Notes: generated by a model from the sequence alone, not told the origin. A stretch of DNA of 64,000 nucleotides from Alphaproteobacteria bacterium (GCA_964291415.2 OZ219918.1:1024001-1088000), one strand, 5' to 3'; shown: positions 10,219 through 21,147, counted from the stretch's first letter. Program-made: numbers and translations.

Positions 10219-11145
10219 TCACGACCCGATGTCTCTCCCCAGACGTTGCGCAAGGGCAGCGATATGGTGCTGGCTCATGCCGCAGCAGCCGCCGATCGCG
10301 GTGACGCCGCGATCGAGATAGGTGGCGGCCTCACGGGCAAACGCATCCGGTTCGATCTCGTCGTCGAACTGCCAGTTGGGCATTCTGAAACTGCCGGAAT
10401 GAGGATAGGCAAAGAGGGGTCCCGACCAGGCCTCCTTCAACAGATCGAGGCCGGGAGGGGTGTCGGACATCTCGCTGTGCATGATGCCGGCGGCATGGGC
10501 ATCCCCTGCGCCCAGACAGTCATCACGAATTGTCTCGAATGCAATGTCGCCACGTTCGTTGAGACCGACGATCCGGCCGTTCGCGGTCCGCACGCTGAAG
10601 CCGACCCACACGGGAAGTCCCGTGTCCGTCGCGGCGCGGACGGCCAGCGGCGACACGGTGGTATCGAGCATCATTTCCGTGATCAGGAGATCGCAGCCGG
10701 CCGCGGCGAGGGTTTCGGCCTGCAGCGCATAGCTCCGTGCGGCCTCGTCCATTGACGGCCAGCCGCCGGCGCCGAGGCCGGCAAAAAAGCTCGACAGCGA
10801 GCCGGCGATCCAGATCCGGCGGTCCGGCGCCGCCTGCGCGACGGCCTCGCGCACGAGCTCGCAGGCAAGGCGGTTGAGATCAAGCGCCTCGGACTGGGAA
10901 AAGCCGGCATGGCAGAGGACGTGGGGAGCGGCAGCATAGGTGTTGGCAATCAGGATATCCGCGCCGGCATCGATGAAGTCCCGGTGGATGGTGCGGATCA
11001 TGTCCGGGTGATTCTTCAGGGCGGACCCGGCCCACGACTGGGCGTCCATCGGCACGCCCCGGCGTTCGAGTTCGGTGCCCATGCCGCCGTCGATGACAAG
11101 GATGTCGCCGGCCTCCATGCGGTCCTGGACGGTTCCCATGGTCAT
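10219..11145 (-). CDS. Homocysteine S-methyltransferase family protein
   Basis: IDGGMGTELERRG, H.DFI.AGAD...ANTY, C-terminal GGCCG. Confidence 0.88.
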   Translation of the reverse strand: MTMGTVQDRMEAGDILVIDGGMGTELERRGVPMDAQSWAGSALKNHPDMIRTIHRDFIDAGADILIANTYAAAPHVLCHAGFSQSEALDLNRLACELVREAVAQAAPDRRIWIAGSLSSFFAGLGAGGWPSMDEAARSYALQAETLAAAGCDLLITEMMLDTTVSPLAVRAATDTGLPVWVGFSVRTANGRIVGLNERGDIAFETIRDDCLGAGDAHAAGIMHSEMSDTPPGLDLLKEAWSGPLFAYPHSGSFRMPNWQFDDEIEPDAFAREAATYLDRGVTAIGGCCGMSQHHIAALAQRLGRDIGS

Positions 11146-11246
11146 CCCTCCCGAAGCGTCTCCATGGAAGGGTACAGTGCTTCACCGCCCCTTCAAGCGG
11201 CGGTCTCCCTTCAGCCCTCGATGGGCCCCCCGGCACCCGGGCCGCG

Positions 11247-12056
11247 TCAGGGCGTCATGACGACCTCGTGGAGATAACTGGCGATTCCCCGCTCCGGATC
11301 CCACTGGGGCGGATTGCCGAGGGAGACCTCCTGGAACGGAACGCCGTCGAGCCACGTGGTGGTGCGCAGGTGCAGGTGACCGTAGATCACGGCGCGGGCG
11401 TTGTAGCGGAGGTGCCATCCCCTCGTTTTGCGTGTGCCGCACCACGGGCTGAAACGCGGAATGCTTGGCAGGTGGGCGTGCCGCTCTTCCAGGGGGAAGT
11501 GGTTGACGAGGACAGTCGGCTGTCCGGCGGGCAGGGACTCAAGCCTGCGCGCGGCTCGGGCGCACAGGTGAGTGCACCATGAAGCACGGTCGGCAAAGGG
11601 ATCGGGAAAGAGATAGAATTCGTCGGCACATCCGATACCGTCCTCGCGCGCCCAGGCGATCACCTCATCGTCGGCCACGGCGTCCGGTCGGAAGCTGTAG
11701 TCGTAGAGAAGGAAGAGCGGCGCGATGACGGTGTCCTCGCCGGTTCCGGAGTAGACTGGCCAGGGATCCTCCGGCGTAATGATGCCGTGCGTTCGGGCAA
11801 TGGCCACCAACCTGTCATAGAGCGCCTCGCCGCGCGGGCCGTCCTTTCTGGACCACAGTTCGTGGTTGCCCGGAACCCAGACAACCGTCGCGAATCTCTG
11901 TTTCAGGATCCGGAAGCACCACTCGAGGTAGAGCGAGCCGTTGGTCACATCACCGGCCACGATGAGCCAGTCGTCCGGCCTTTCGGGAAGCTCCTCGAGG
12001 GCGTTCCGGTTGACCGGATGCGTGAGGTGGAGGTCGGAAATGGCCCAGAGTGTCAC
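11247..12056 (-). CDS. Metallophosphoesterase, PptH (Rv2795c)-like
   Basis: LWAISDLH, DDWLIVAGD, WVPGNHELW, LFLLYDYSF, NHFPL, FSPWCGT, YGHLH; GTG start overlaps the upstream stop. Confidence 0.85.
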   Translation of the reverse strand: MTLWAISDLHLTHPVNRNALEELPERPDDWLIVAGDVTNGSLYLEWCFRILKQRFATVVWVPGNHELWSRKDGPRGEALYDRLVAIARTHGIITPEDPWPVYSGTGEDTVIAPLFLLYDYSFRPDAVADDEVIAWAREDGIGCADEFYLFPDPFADRASWCTHLCARAARRLESLPAGQPTVLVNHFPLEERHAHLPSIPRFSPWCGTRKTRGWHLRYNARAVIYGHLHLRTTTWLDGVPFQEVSLGNPPQWDPERGIASYLHEVVMTP

Positions 12057-12535
12057 GATTCGGCGGACCGCGCGGCCTGGTAGCGTCCCATGACCTCCGC
12101 CGGCCACGTCACCCGCGGATCGTAGAAGCCTTCGAAAACCGGCGCGCCGTCGGCGAGGTGCACCCAGGGGCGGCGGGTCGAGGTGTAGATGTGAACGTCC
12201 GGCGCCATCACGCGCTGGTCGTCGAGCGTGCCGACCCGCACGAAGGCGATTGCCGTGCCCGATGCGCCGTAGTGGCTCCACACGGCTATCCGGCACTGCG
12301 GACATCGCACGATCTTCTGGCCCCTGCCGCTTGCGCTCGGCGTGTCGACCGTCTCGGGCGAGCCGCTCAGAGTTTCGATGAGGCTGCTTTCGATCATGGC
12401 GTTGAGCGCGAACGCCGATCCGGTCTCGCGCTGGCACCACGTGCAGTGGCAACAGTGAACAAAGAGCGGCGGGCCGTTGACCCGGTATCTGACGACGCCG
12501 CAACCGCAACCGCCTTCAACAGGTGACGATGTCAT
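12053..12535 (-). CDS. GFA/CENP-V family Zn protein
   Basis: GGCGCG.VRY, CHCTWCQR, RCPQC, PDVHIYTS. Confidence 0.9.
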   Translation of the reverse strand: MTSSPVEGGCGCGVVRYRVNGPPLFVHCCHCTWCQRETGSAFALNAMIESSLIETLSGSPETVDTPSASGRGQKIVRCPQCRIAVWSHYGASGTAIAFVRVGTLDDQRVMAPDVHIYTSTRRPWVHLADGAPVFEGFYDPRVTWPAEVMGRYQAARSAES

Positions 12536-12676
12536 GATCCCTCCCTCGTCCGTCCGCAAGCATTGTTGCGATCACGCCCCATGTCTCAAGTGGTTCGCTC
12601 CCCAGTGGACGGTTCCGAAGCTCTTCGCCTATAAGTCAGCCGACAGACCTCATCTTCAGGAACCGGGAACTCTTTC

Positions 12677-13096
12677 ATGACGGAGCGCACACTCTCGATC
12701 ATCAAGCCCGACGCCACCCGTCGCAACCTCACGGGCAGGATCAATGCCATGCTCGAAGAGGCCGGACTGCGGATCGTCGCCCAGAAGCGCACCCGGCTCA
12801 CCGTCGACGAGGCCAGGGCCTTCTACGCCGTGCACAGGGAGCGCCCGTTCTATGAATCCCTTGTCGCATTCATGACGTCCGGCCCGGTGGTCGTGCAGGT
12901 TCTTGAAGGCCGTGACGCCGTCGCCCGCAATCGCGAGGTCATGGGGGCCACCAACCCCGTCGAGGCCGCCGACGGCACCATCCGCAAGGTGTTCGCTGAA
13001 TCCCTGGAGGCCAATTCGGTTCATGGTTCCGATTCGCCGGACAATGCGGCAATCGAGATTGCCTTCTTTTTTTCGGCGCGTGACATCATCGGCTGA
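12677..13096 (+). CDS. ndk: Nucleoside diphosphate kinase
   Basis: [25 protein letters not shown]. Confidence 0.98.
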   Translation: MTERTLSIIKPDATRRNLTGRINAMLEEAGLRIVAQKRTRLTVDEARAFYAVHRERPFYESLVAFMTSGPVVVQVLEGRDAVARNREVMGATNPVEAADGTIRKVFAESLEANSVHGSDSPDNAAIEIAFFFSARDIIG

Positions 13097-13104
13097 AGTC
13101 CGCC

Positions 13105-13749
13105 TCACGGCGCCGGGTTGACCAGCATGTCGTCTGCCCGGACCGGAGCGTCGACGACAACGCGCTCCCCGACGACCCTGACACGGCCCTCCAGCACGAG
13201 GTTGAGGGCCATGGGATAGATCCTGTGCTCAGCGACGAGAACGCGGTCCGCGAGACTCTCTTCGTCGTCTCCGGGAAGGACCGGGACGGCGGCCTGGGCG
13301 ATGATGGGGCCGGCATCGAGTGCCGGGCGAACGAAGTGCACCGTGCAGCCGGTGATCATGACGCCGCTTTCCAGCACGCGGCGATGACAGGCGGTTCCGG
13401 GAAAGGCGGGGAGCAGGGAAGGGTGAATGTTGACGAGGCGGTCGCGCCAGGCCTCCGCAAATGCGGGTGTCAGGATCCGCATGAATCCGGCAAGGCAGAT
13501 CAGGCCGCACCCTGCCTGGTTCGCCACGTGGTCGAGTTCGGCGTCGAAGGCTTCCCTGCTCGCGTAGCCGGCCGCATCGACGACGCAGTGGGGAAGACCG
13601 GCTTCCTGCGCCTTCTCGAGGCCCGGAGCTCCGGGCCTGCTGGACACGACGACCCCGATGTCTCCGGCAAGCTCACCCCTGGTCCGGGCATCGATCAATG
13701 CCTGCAGATTCGAGCCGCGTCCTGAGATGAAGACGGCCAGCCTCGTCAT
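13105..13749 (-). CDS. purN: Phosphoribosylglycinamide formyltransferase
   Basis: ISGRGSNLQA, LAGFMRIL, NIHPSLLP, GCTVHFV. Confidence 0.97.
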   Translation of the reverse strand: MTRLAVFISGRGSNLQALIDARTRGELAGDIGVVVSSRPGAPGLEKAQEAGLPHCVVDAAGYASREAFDAELDHVANQAGCGLICLAGFMRILTPAFAEAWRDRLVNIHPSLLPAFPGTACHRRVLESGVMITGCTVHFVRPALDAGPIIAQAAVPVLPGDDEESLADRVLVAEHRIYPMALNLVLEGRVRVVGERVVVDAPVRADDMLVNPAP

Positions 13750-14810
13750 GCCAGCCAGTCGTCGGGAACATCAAGGAGGACATGCGGTTCGCCGTCAGTC
13801 GATTCGAGGGCGCCGACAACCGACACGGTCTCGCCATGGTCTTCCAGGGTGCGCTGGACATGCCCCGTGCCATCCCGTGCCACCACCAGCACCATGCCGA
13901 TTCCGCAGTTGAACGTGCGCAGCATCTCGCCGGTCTCGACGGTATCCCGGGCCAGCCAGGAGAACACCGGATCCATCGGCCAGCTGCCGGCCTGAAGGCG
14001 CGCAGCAAGACCGTCGGGGAGAATCCGGGGAATGTTCTCGATGAGGCCGCCCCCGGTAATGTGGGCAACGCCCTTCACATGGCCTGTGGAGATGGCTGCA
14101 AGGACGGTCTTGACGTAAATGCGGGTGGGCCGCATCAGCACGTCGGCCAGGCACTGGTCAGCGGCAAAGGGGGCACGCGCCTCAAGCGGGACCGCACGTT
14201 CGTCAAGAATGCGGCGGACGAGCGAGAATCCGTTGGAGTGGATACCGTCCGCAGCGAGAGCCAGAAGGGTGTCGCCGGCTTCCATGGTGTCCGCGGGGAG
14301 CAGGGCGCCGCGTTCCGCGGCGCCAACGCAGAATCCGGCGAGATCGTAGTCCCCGGCAGCGTAGATGCCGGGCATCTCGGCGGTTTCCCCTCCGATGAGG
14401 GCGCACCCCGCCATCCGACAGCCAGCGGCTACGCCGGCAATGACATCGGCGCCGATCTCCGCATCGAGTTCGCCCATGGCAAGGTAATCGAGAAAGAACA
14501 GCGGCTCCGCGCCCTGGGCCAGAACGTCGTTGACGCACATGGCGACCAGGTCGATGCCAATGGTGTCGTGAATGCCCGTCTCCACCGCAAGGCGCACCTT
14601 GGTGCCGACACCGTCCGTGGCCGAGACCAGGACCGGGTCGCGGTAACCCGCCGCCCGCGGATCGAAGAGTCCGCCGAAACCGCCGAGCCTGGCATCGGCG
14701 CCGGGGCGCCTCGTGGAAGCGGCAAGGGGTGTCGCAGCATCGACAATCTGGCGTCCGGCATCGAGATTGACGCCAGCATCCCCGTAGGTGAGACCCGTCA
14801 TTCCGGTCAT
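13746..14810 (-). CDS. purM: Phosphoribosylformylglycinamidine cyclo-ligase
   Basis: TDGVGTK, DLVAMCVND, GGETAEMPG, HSNGFSL, HITGGG; start 14810 or 14801. Confidence 0.97.
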   Translation of the reverse strand: MTGMTGLTYGDAGVNLDAGRQIVDAATPLAASTRRPGADARLGGFGGLFDPRAAGYRDPVLVSATDGVGTKVRLAVETGIHDTIGIDLVAMCVNDVLAQGAEPLFFLDYLAMGELDAEIGADVIAGVAAGCRMAGCALIGGETAEMPGIYAAGDYDLAGFCVGAAERGALLPADTMEAGDTLLALAADGIHSNGFSLVRRILDERAVPLEARAPFAADQCLADVLMRPTRIYVKTVLAAISTGHVKGVAHITGGGLIENIPRILPDGLAARLQAGSWPMDPVFSWLARDTVETGEMLRTFNCGIGMVLVVARDGTGHVQRTLEDHGETVSVVGALESTDGEPHVLLDVPDDWLA

Positions 14811-14957
14811 TTCCCCGCACATGGCCTCGCCGGGCAGTGCCACGACATTCGGCACCGGCGAGGCCGCCTTGCCGGTCTCGCACCCCACCCCCGGCACTGG
14901 TAGGATGGGCGCACATTACGTCATGATCGCATCATTGCAACGAGGGGCCGGCAAACC

Positions 14958-16019
14958 ATGCCTTTGAAGATGTGGAGGCTTGGCCTTGCCATGTGTGCCG
15001 TGCTCGTTGCCACACCGCTGCCGTCGGCTGACGCGGAGGTCTTCACGGTCTCCGGTGTTGCCGTTGACGAAACGGCAGAAGACACCCGTCTGGCCCGCAT
15101 GAACGCTTTGCGCACGGCTCTCCACATCGCCTGGCGTGACCTCGCGAAGCGTCTGGTTCGAGGCGACCCCGGCACCGTCCTCGACCAGGAGGCCGCTACG
15201 CTCGACGCTCTCGTGCAGGGACTCGAGTTCGATGACGAGAGGATGTCGGCCGGACGCTACCAGGCGGTCATCAGCGTCCGCTTCCGGGCGGAGGCGGTGC
15301 TGGAGATTCTTGGCGAGTCCGGTGTCAGCCACCTGGAAACGCCGGGACCGGTCCTCGTGGTGCTGCCGGTCCTGCAGTCCGGTCCGCAACTTGTCCTTTG
15401 GGAGGCTTCGAACGTCTGGCTTTCCGCCTGGCAGCGATCCAACGGAGGAAACAGCGCTGTCGAACTCATCGTGCCCGGCGGAGACCTTCGGGACATCAGT
15501 CTCATTGATGCCGCCGATGCACTCTCGCAGAACTGGGATCAGCTGGCACGGCTGGTGGCGCTCCATCGCGCCGACGGTGTTCTCATCGCTCATGCACGCA
15601 AGAGCGACGGCACACTTCGTCCACGCCTTACCTGGCTTGACGACGACGGAGCAAGCCCTGTCCTCCTGGCGCGCAACGTACCGCAGGCGTGGCCGATGGA
15701 CGCTCTCGGACGCGCGGTGGAGGCGAGCCGTACCGGTGTCGACGAGCACTGGGCAGCAATGGCGCTGGCACCCGCCGGACCAACCGTCTCCGTCTTCGCC
15801 GACATTCCCGTGACAAGCCTCGCGGAGTGGATCGATATCCGTGATCGCCTCGAAAGCTCCCCGGCCCTGCAGGCCGTCGTCCCGCTTCTGGTCTCGACCA
15901 CGAGAATACGCGCGAGGCTGCTCTACACCGGTACCCGCGAGGACCTTCTTTTCCGCATGCGCCGCGCCGGTCTCGATGTCGACGGCCAGACGGGCTTCCT
16001 CACGATCAGGGCGCGGTGA
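14958..16019 (+). CDS. DUF2066-like exported protein
   Basis: Signal peptide followed by VFTVSGVAVD.TA; conserved position divergent from purM and upstream of hda. Confidence 0.7.
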   Translation: MPLKMWRLGLAMCAVLVATPLPSADAEVFTVSGVAVDETAEDTRLARMNALRTALHIAWRDLAKRLVRGDPGTVLDQEAATLDALVQGLEFDDERMSAGRYQAVISVRFRAEAVLEILGESGVSHLETPGPVLVVLPVLQSGPQLVLWEASNVWLSAWQRSNGGNSAVELIVPGGDLRDISLIDAADALSQNWDQLARLVALHRADGVLIAHARKSDGTLRPRLTWLDDDGASPVLLARNVPQAWPMDALGRAVEASRTGVDEHWAAMALAPAGPTVSVFADIPVTSLAEWIDIRDRLESSPALQAVVPLLVSTTRIRARLLYTGTREDLLFRMRRAGLDVDGQTGFLTIRAR

Positions 16020-16699
16020 ACCAGTACGTCTTCGAATACGATGACCAGCCGGCCTTCGACGAGTCGGAGTTCCTCGTCGCCGACAGCAACGCTGATGCCA
16101 GGGCCTGGATCGATCGGTGGCCGGACTGGGACGGCCGGGGTCTCGCCATCTGGGGCCCGCAAGGGTCGGGCAAGACGCACCTTGCGGACATCTGGCGCCA
16201 GAGGAGCGGTGCCCGGCTGGTGAACGCTGCAGACATTGGTCCCGACTTCTTCGACTCCTGGCAAGGTGGCAATCTGGTCCTGGACGATCGGGTAGACGGA
16301 GTCGGCGAATCCGGTCTGCTGCATGTCATCAATCTCGTGAGAGAGGAAGGCGGTTACCTGCTCATCACGGATACGGCGCCTCCTGCCCGCTGGCAGGTCT
16401 CGCTGCCCGATCTTCGTTCGCGGCTCGCGGCGTTACCGGCCGTGGCGATCGGCCGTCCGGAGGACGACCTGATTGCTGCCGTGCTGGCAAAGCAGTTCCG
16501 CGATCGCCAGATCAAGGTCGGTGACGGGGTCATTTCATACCTCGTGTCGCGCATGGAACGGTCTTTTGGCGCCATCGGCACCATCGTCGCGACCCTCGAC
16601 CTGCTGTCGCTCGTCGAAAAGCGGCCGATCACCGTGCCCCGGGCAAGGCGTGCCCTCGAGGCTGCATTTCTGGAACCTTCACCCGATGGGGAGACATGA
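16016..16699 (+). CDS. hda: DnaA regulatory inactivator Hda/HdaA
   Basis: N-terminal clamp-binding-like QYVF, Walker A GPQGSGKTHL, LPDLRSRL, MERS. Confidence 0.88.
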   Translation: MNQYVFEYDDQPAFDESEFLVADSNADARAWIDRWPDWDGRGLAIWGPQGSGKTHLADIWRQRSGARLVNAADIGPDFFDSWQGGNLVLDDRVDGVGESGLLHVINLVREEGGYLLITDTAPPARWQVSLPDLRSRLAALPAVAIGRPEDDLIAAVLAKQFRDRQIKVGDGVISYLVSRMERSFGAIGTIVATLDLLSLVEKRPITVPRARRALEAAFLEPSPDGET

Positions 16700-17481
16700 C
16701 GATGAAGACAGGACTGGCAGGCCGCAAGGCCATCGTGTGTGCATCGAGCAAGGGCCTGGGGCGGGCCTGTGCCGAGGCGTTGGCGGCTGAAGGCTGCGAC
16801 GTGCTGATCAACGGCCGTACGGTGGAGACGGTCACCGAGACGGCAGCGGCGATCAGGAGGGCCTTTCCGGCGGTCGAGGTGAGGGAAGTCCCCGGTGATG
16901 TCACCCGGAGCGACGTCCAGGAAGCCCTGGTCCATGCCTGGGATGCTCCCGACATTCTCGTCAACAACGCCGGTGGACCGCCGCCCGGCGATTTTCGCGA
17001 GTGGGCGAGGGATGACTGGATGCGGGCGCTCGATGCCAACATGCTGACCGCAATCATGCTGATCAAGTCGACGGTGGACGGCATGATGGAGCGGGGATTC
17101 GGACGCATCGTCAACATCACGTCGGCGGCGGTGAAGTCGCCCATTGAAACCCTCGGTCTCTCCAATGGCGCGCGCGCCGGACTGACAGGCTTCTGCGCCG
17201 GCCTCGCCCGCCAGACCGTGGCCCGCAACGTGACCATCAACGGTCTGCTCCCGGGCCCCTTTGCCACCGACCGGTTGCGCCAGACCATGACCGGGCGCGC
17301 GGCGTCTGGAGAGAGTCTGGAAGAGGCCATGGCGCGTGAAGCCCGCGACAATCCGGCCGGACGTTTTGGCGATCCCGATGAATTCGGGGCGGCCTGCGTG
17401 TTCCTGTGCAGCGCACAGGCCGGATTCATCACCGGCCAGAATCTGGTGCTCGACGGCGGCGCCTTCAGGGGCACGCTGTAG
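16696..17481 (+). CDS. SDR family oxidoreductase
   Basis: ASSKGLG, DILVNNAGGPPPG, LSNGARAGL, ITGQNL.LDGG. Confidence 0.9.
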   Translation: MTMKTGLAGRKAIVCASSKGLGRACAEALAAEGCDVLINGRTVETVTETAAAIRRAFPAVEVREVPGDVTRSDVQEALVHAWDAPDILVNNAGGPPPGDFREWARDDWMRALDANMLTAIMLIKSTVDGMMERGFGRIVNITSAAVKSPIETLGLSNGARAGLTGFCAGLARQTVARNVTINGLLPGPFATDRLRQTMTGRAASGESLEEAMAREARDNPAGRFGDPDEFGAACVFLCSAQAGFITGQNLVLDGGAFRGTL

Positions 17482-17549
17482 GCGCCCGGTCCTCGTCAAC
17501 ACGTGCGCTTCTCGAGATCCCGCCGGCCACGCTTGTGGCATGTGGTGAA

Positions 17550-18419
17550 TCAGCGTCGCCTGGCAAGGCCTCTTCGCAGGAGCAAGGGAAGCTGGCGCAC
17601 GAAGGATCCGGCGTACTGGCCGCGGGAGAGAACGACCCGCTCGGCCAGCGGATCACGGCGATCGAGTTCGGACTTGAGCTTGTTGGCAATCGTGACGATC
17701 ACCGCGCATTCCATGGAAAAGCGCACCCCACGGATCCGGTCGGGCAACGGCGCCGCCCGTTCGAGCAGGCCTCCGGTGGCGGCAAGGCAGCGGTCGAGAA
17801 CGCGGCGCATGGCCGTGGTCGAGCGGGCGCCGTCAAGGGCCTCGACGCCAATGCCGGCCTCGCGAAACCACGCGAGGGGGAGGTAGACCCTGTCGAGGCG
17901 AGCACGGTCCGTCTTGCAGTCCTGCAGGTGATTGAGCACCTGAAGGGCGTTGCAGAGATTGTCCGAAGCCTCGTAGGCCGAAGCAGGTTCGCCATGGAGG
18001 TCGATGAGGTACCGGCCCACGGGGGCAGCCGAGCGGTTGCAGTAGTCCAGGAGGTCGTCCCAGGTTTCGTAGCGCAGCGTCGTGGCGTCCTGGCGAAAGG
18101 CGTCCAGAAGATCGAGCGGGTGGCGCGCCGGCACACCGGTCTCGCTGAGACTGCGGGCGAGGGCGAGCGCTGAAGAGGGGCCCCCGGAGACCGCGCGAGG
18201 GTTGACGAGGGACTCGGCGAAGAGGTCGAGGCGGGTGATCTTGTCGTCGGCCTTGAGTTCCGGGTTGTCGGCAATGTCGTCGGCGGCCCGGGCGAAAGCG
18301 TAGAAGAGATGCACGTGGCGGCGGAAGGGGCGGGCAACGAGCCGAGACGCAACAGGAAAGTTCTCGTCTGCGGATCCCTTGCCCGATGGGGTTTCGACTT
18401 GTTCCTGGAGGGATGTCAC
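17550..18419 (-). CDS. hpnC: Squalene synthase HpnC (hydroxysqualene synthase)
   Basis: [53 protein letters not shown]; GTG start overlaps the rnhA stop. Confidence 0.88.
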   Translation of the reverse strand: MTSLQEQVETPSGKGSADENFPVASRLVARPFRRHVHLFYAFARAADDIADNPELKADDKITRLDLFAESLVNPRAVSGGPSSALALARSLSETGVPARHPLDLLDAFRQDATTLRYETWDDLLDYCNRSAAPVGRYLIDLHGEPASAYEASDNLCNALQVLNHLQDCKTDRARLDRVYLPLAWFREAGIGVEALDGARSTTAMRRVLDRCLAATGGLLERAAPLPDRIRGVRFSMECAVIVTIANKLKSELDRRDPLAERVVLSRGQYAGSFVRQLPLLLRRGLARRR

Positions 18420-18883
18420 GGCGTGCCATGCCCTCCGCTGGCATGTTGCCGCATCCCCTTGCGCGCCAACCGGTCGGCGCACTCGTTGCCGGGGTTGCCG
18501 GCATGCCCCTTGACCCATCGCCAGTCGACCTCGTGATGGGCGATCAGCGAATCGAGCTCGCGCCACAGATCGGCATTCTTGACCGGCTGGCGGCCGGCGG
18601 TGGTCCAGCCGTTGCCTTTCCAGCGGTGGATCCACGAGGTGATTCCCTGGCGCAGGTACGTGCTGTCGGTGAAGAGGATGACCCGGGACGGTTGGCGGAG
18701 CGCTTCCAGGGCGCGGATGGCCGCGGTCAGTTCCATGCGGTTGGAGGTGGTCCAGCTTTCCCCGCCGCAGATTTCCCTCCTGTGTTCCCGCCACTCGAGC
18801 AGCGCGCCCCAGCCACCCGGTCCGGGATTGCCCGAACAGGCTCCATCGGTATGAATCACGATGCGATCCGGCGGTGTGGTCAC
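18416..18883 (-). CDS. rnhA: Ribonuclease HI
   Basis: [36 protein letters not shown]. Confidence 0.97.
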   Translation of the reverse strand: MTTPPDRIVIHTDGACSGNPGPGGWGALLEWREHRREICGGESWTTSNRMELTAAIRALEALRQPSRVILFTDSTYLRQGITSWIHRWKGNGWTTAGRQPVKNADLWRELDSLIAHHEVDWRWVKGHAGNPGNECADRLARKGMRQHASGGHGTP

Positions 18884-19830
18884 GAATCCAGCGACGGGTG
18901 GTTGCGGTGATAGCGCATGACCCTGAGGAACTCTCCGGGATCCTTCGGTGTCACGATGGCCCCTCCCACTGGGTTGAGCCAGTCATAGAGACGGGTCAGC
19001 AGGAAACGCAGGGCGGCGCCCCGCGCCAGCAGGGAGAGAGCCGCTCTTTCTGCGTCATCGAGGGGTCGGCGGGAGGTGTAGGCATCGATCAGGGCGCGCG
19101 CCCTGGCGGCGTCGAACCGGCCCTCGGCGCTGAAGCACCATGCGTTGAGGCACACCGCGATATCGTAGGCGAGGAGATCGTTGCAGGCGAAGTAGAAGTC
19201 GATCAGACCCGTCAGTCGCGGCCCGCGGAAGAACACGTTGTCGCTGAAGAGGTCAGCGTGAATGACGCCGCTAGGCAGGTCCCGGGGCCAGCATTCATGA
19301 AGTATGTCGAGTTCCCTGGAGATCTCGTCAGCAAGGCCCGATTCCACCTCGTCGGCACGCTCGCGGCACTGGCCCGCCAGGATGCCCCATGACGACGGCC
19401 CGAGGGCATTCGGGCGATGCATGGAAAAGTCGGCTCCGGTGAGATGCATCTCCGCCAGCGCGTTTCCCACGGCTCTGCAATGACGGGTTTCGATGACTCC
19501 TGGCGACACCCCTTCGAGGAAACTGATCAGGGCGGCCGCCTTGCCCTTGAGACGCCGGAGTGCCTTCCCCTTGCGGTTCCTGATCGGGGTGGGACACGGT
19601 ACGCCCCGGGCGGCGAGGTGTTCCATGAGACCGAGAAAGAAGGGCAGATCCTCCTCTTTCACCCGTTTCTCGTAGAGGGTGAGGATGTAGGATCCGGTGT
19701 CGGTCATGACGAGGTAGTTGCTGTTCTCGACGCCTTCCGCGATGCCCTTCATGGCGAGGATGCTGCCAACGTCGTAATCGGCAAGGAAGGCTGCGAGCTC
19801 CTCGATCGCAACATCGGTGTAGACGGCCAT
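18880..19830 (-). CDS. thrB: Homoserine kinase (type II)
   Basis: [41 protein letters not shown]. Confidence 0.95.
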   Translation of the reverse strand: MAVYTDVAIEELAAFLADYDVGSILAMKGIAEGVENSNYLVMTDTGSYILTLYEKRVKEEDLPFFLGLMEHLAARGVPCPTPIRNRKGKALRRLKGKAAALISFLEGVSPGVIETRHCRAVGNALAEMHLTGADFSMHRPNALGPSSWGILAGQCRERADEVESGLADEISRELDILHECWPRDLPSGVIHADLFSDNVFFRGPRLTGLIDFYFACNDLLAYDIAVCLNAWCFSAEGRFDAARARALIDAYTSRRPLDDAERAALSLLARGAALRFLLTRLYDWLNPVGGAIVTPKDPGEFLRVMRYHRNHPSLDS

Positions 19831-19842
19831 GGAACCGTCCGT

Positions 19843-20775
19843 TCAGTGGGCCAGCGCGCGGGGCAGTCTGAAGTGAACGTTCTCCTCGGAAACCCGGACC
19901 TCCCTGATCGTCACATCATGGTTGTCACGCAGGCACCCGAGCACGTCCTGAACGAGGGTCTCGGGCGCTGATGCACCGGCCGTGAGGCCAAGTGTCGACA
20001 CGCCTTCGAGGTCGAAGCTCCCCAGATGGCTGGCATTCTCGATAAGACAGGCATCTCCCGCCCCCGCCTTGAGCGCCACCTCGACCAGCCTGGAGGAATT
20101 CGATGATGTAGCGGATCCGACCACCAGGACCAGATCGCAGTCGGGAGCGATGGCCCGGACGGCGGCCTGCCGGTTGGTGGTGGCATAGCAGATATCCTGG
20201 CGATGTGGCCCGTGGATGCCGGGAAAGCGTCTCATCAGAATGTCGACGATGTCCCTTGTGTCATCCACCGAGAGTGTGGTCTGGGTGATGTAGGCGAGCT
20301 CCCGATCATCGCCGGGGTCCACTGTTTCGGCGTCCTCCTGATTCTGCACGAGAATGATGCTGCCTTCCGGCAGCTGCCCCATGGTGCCCACCACCTCCGG
20401 GTGTCCCTCGTGACCAATGAGAATCATCAGCCGCCCCTTGAGATGGTGTTTCTGCGCCTCGATGTGAACCTTGGAGACGAGCGGGCATGTGGCGTCGAAG
20501 TAGACGAGGTTCCGCTGGCGGGCTTCCTCCGGCACCGCCTTCGGCACACCGTGCGCCGAAAACACCACGGGCCGGTCGGTTCGCTCGATCTCGTCGAGTT
20601 CCTCGACGAAGACAACGCCCTTCGCCTCGAGGGACGCCACCACGTGCCGGTTGTGAACGATTTCGTGTCGGACGTAGACCGGAGCTCCGTGCAGTTCAAG
20701 CGCGCGCTCGACGATCTCGATCGCCCGGTCGACACCGGCACAACAACCCCTGGGACTGGCAAGGAGAATCTCCAT
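19843..20775 (-). CDS. ispH: 4-hydroxy-3-methylbut-2-enyl diphosphate reductase
   Basis: [42 protein letters not shown]. Confidence 0.97.
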   Translation of the reverse strand: MEILLASPRGCCAGVDRAIEIVERALELHGAPVYVRHEIVHNRHVVASLEAKGVVFVEELDEIERTDRPVVFSAHGVPKAVPEEARQRNLVYFDATCPLVSKVHIEAQKHHLKGRLMILIGHEGHPEVVGTMGQLPEGSIILVQNQEDAETVDPGDDRELAYITQTTLSVDDTRDIVDILMRRFPGIHGPHRQDICYATTNRQAAVRAIAPDCDLVLVVGSATSSNSSRLVEVALKAGAGDACLIENASHLGSFDLEGVSTLGLTAGASAPETLVQDVLGCLRDNHDVTIREVRVSEENVHFRLPRALAH

Positions 20776-20864
20776 GGTCTTTCTTGTTCCGCTTGTTTGC
20801 GTCCGCGCCGGGTTCTATTCTGCGATCTTCAACCATAACGTGTCGTGTGAGAGAAGGACAAGGC

Positions 20865-21107
20865 ATGAGTGAAGGTGCCGTCGTGGCCGCCAAGTCTCCC
20901 TTCAAGGTGGAACTCAAGGCAGGAGAAAAGCAGTTCTGGTGCAGTTGCGGGCGCAGCGCCCGGCAGCCGTTTTGTGACGGTTCCCACAAGGGAACCGGTT
21001 TCATGCCCGTCATCTTCACTCCCGACAAGGCAGGGGCTGCCTGGCTCTGCGCCTGCAAGCGGACCGGCAACCGGCCCTACTGTGACGGAACCCACAGTTC
21101 CCTCTAG
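20865..21107 (+). CDS. CDGSH iron-sulfur protein with two CDGSH motifs
   Basis: WCSCGRS..QPFCDGSH and LCACK.T..RPYCDGTH; RBS upstream of ATG 20865. Confidence 0.92.
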   Translation: MSEGAVVAAKSPFKVELKAGEKQFWCSCGRSARQPFCDGSHKGTGFMPVIFTPDKAGAAWLCACKRTGNRPYCDGTHSSL

Positions 21108-21147
21108 TCCCGTCAGTTCGCGACAATCCCGGGGGAAGACCGGGTCC

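Noticed and set aside
20735-20760. IspH PRGCCAG instead of PRGFCAG
   Set aside because: Single substitution; all three cluster cysteines are retained
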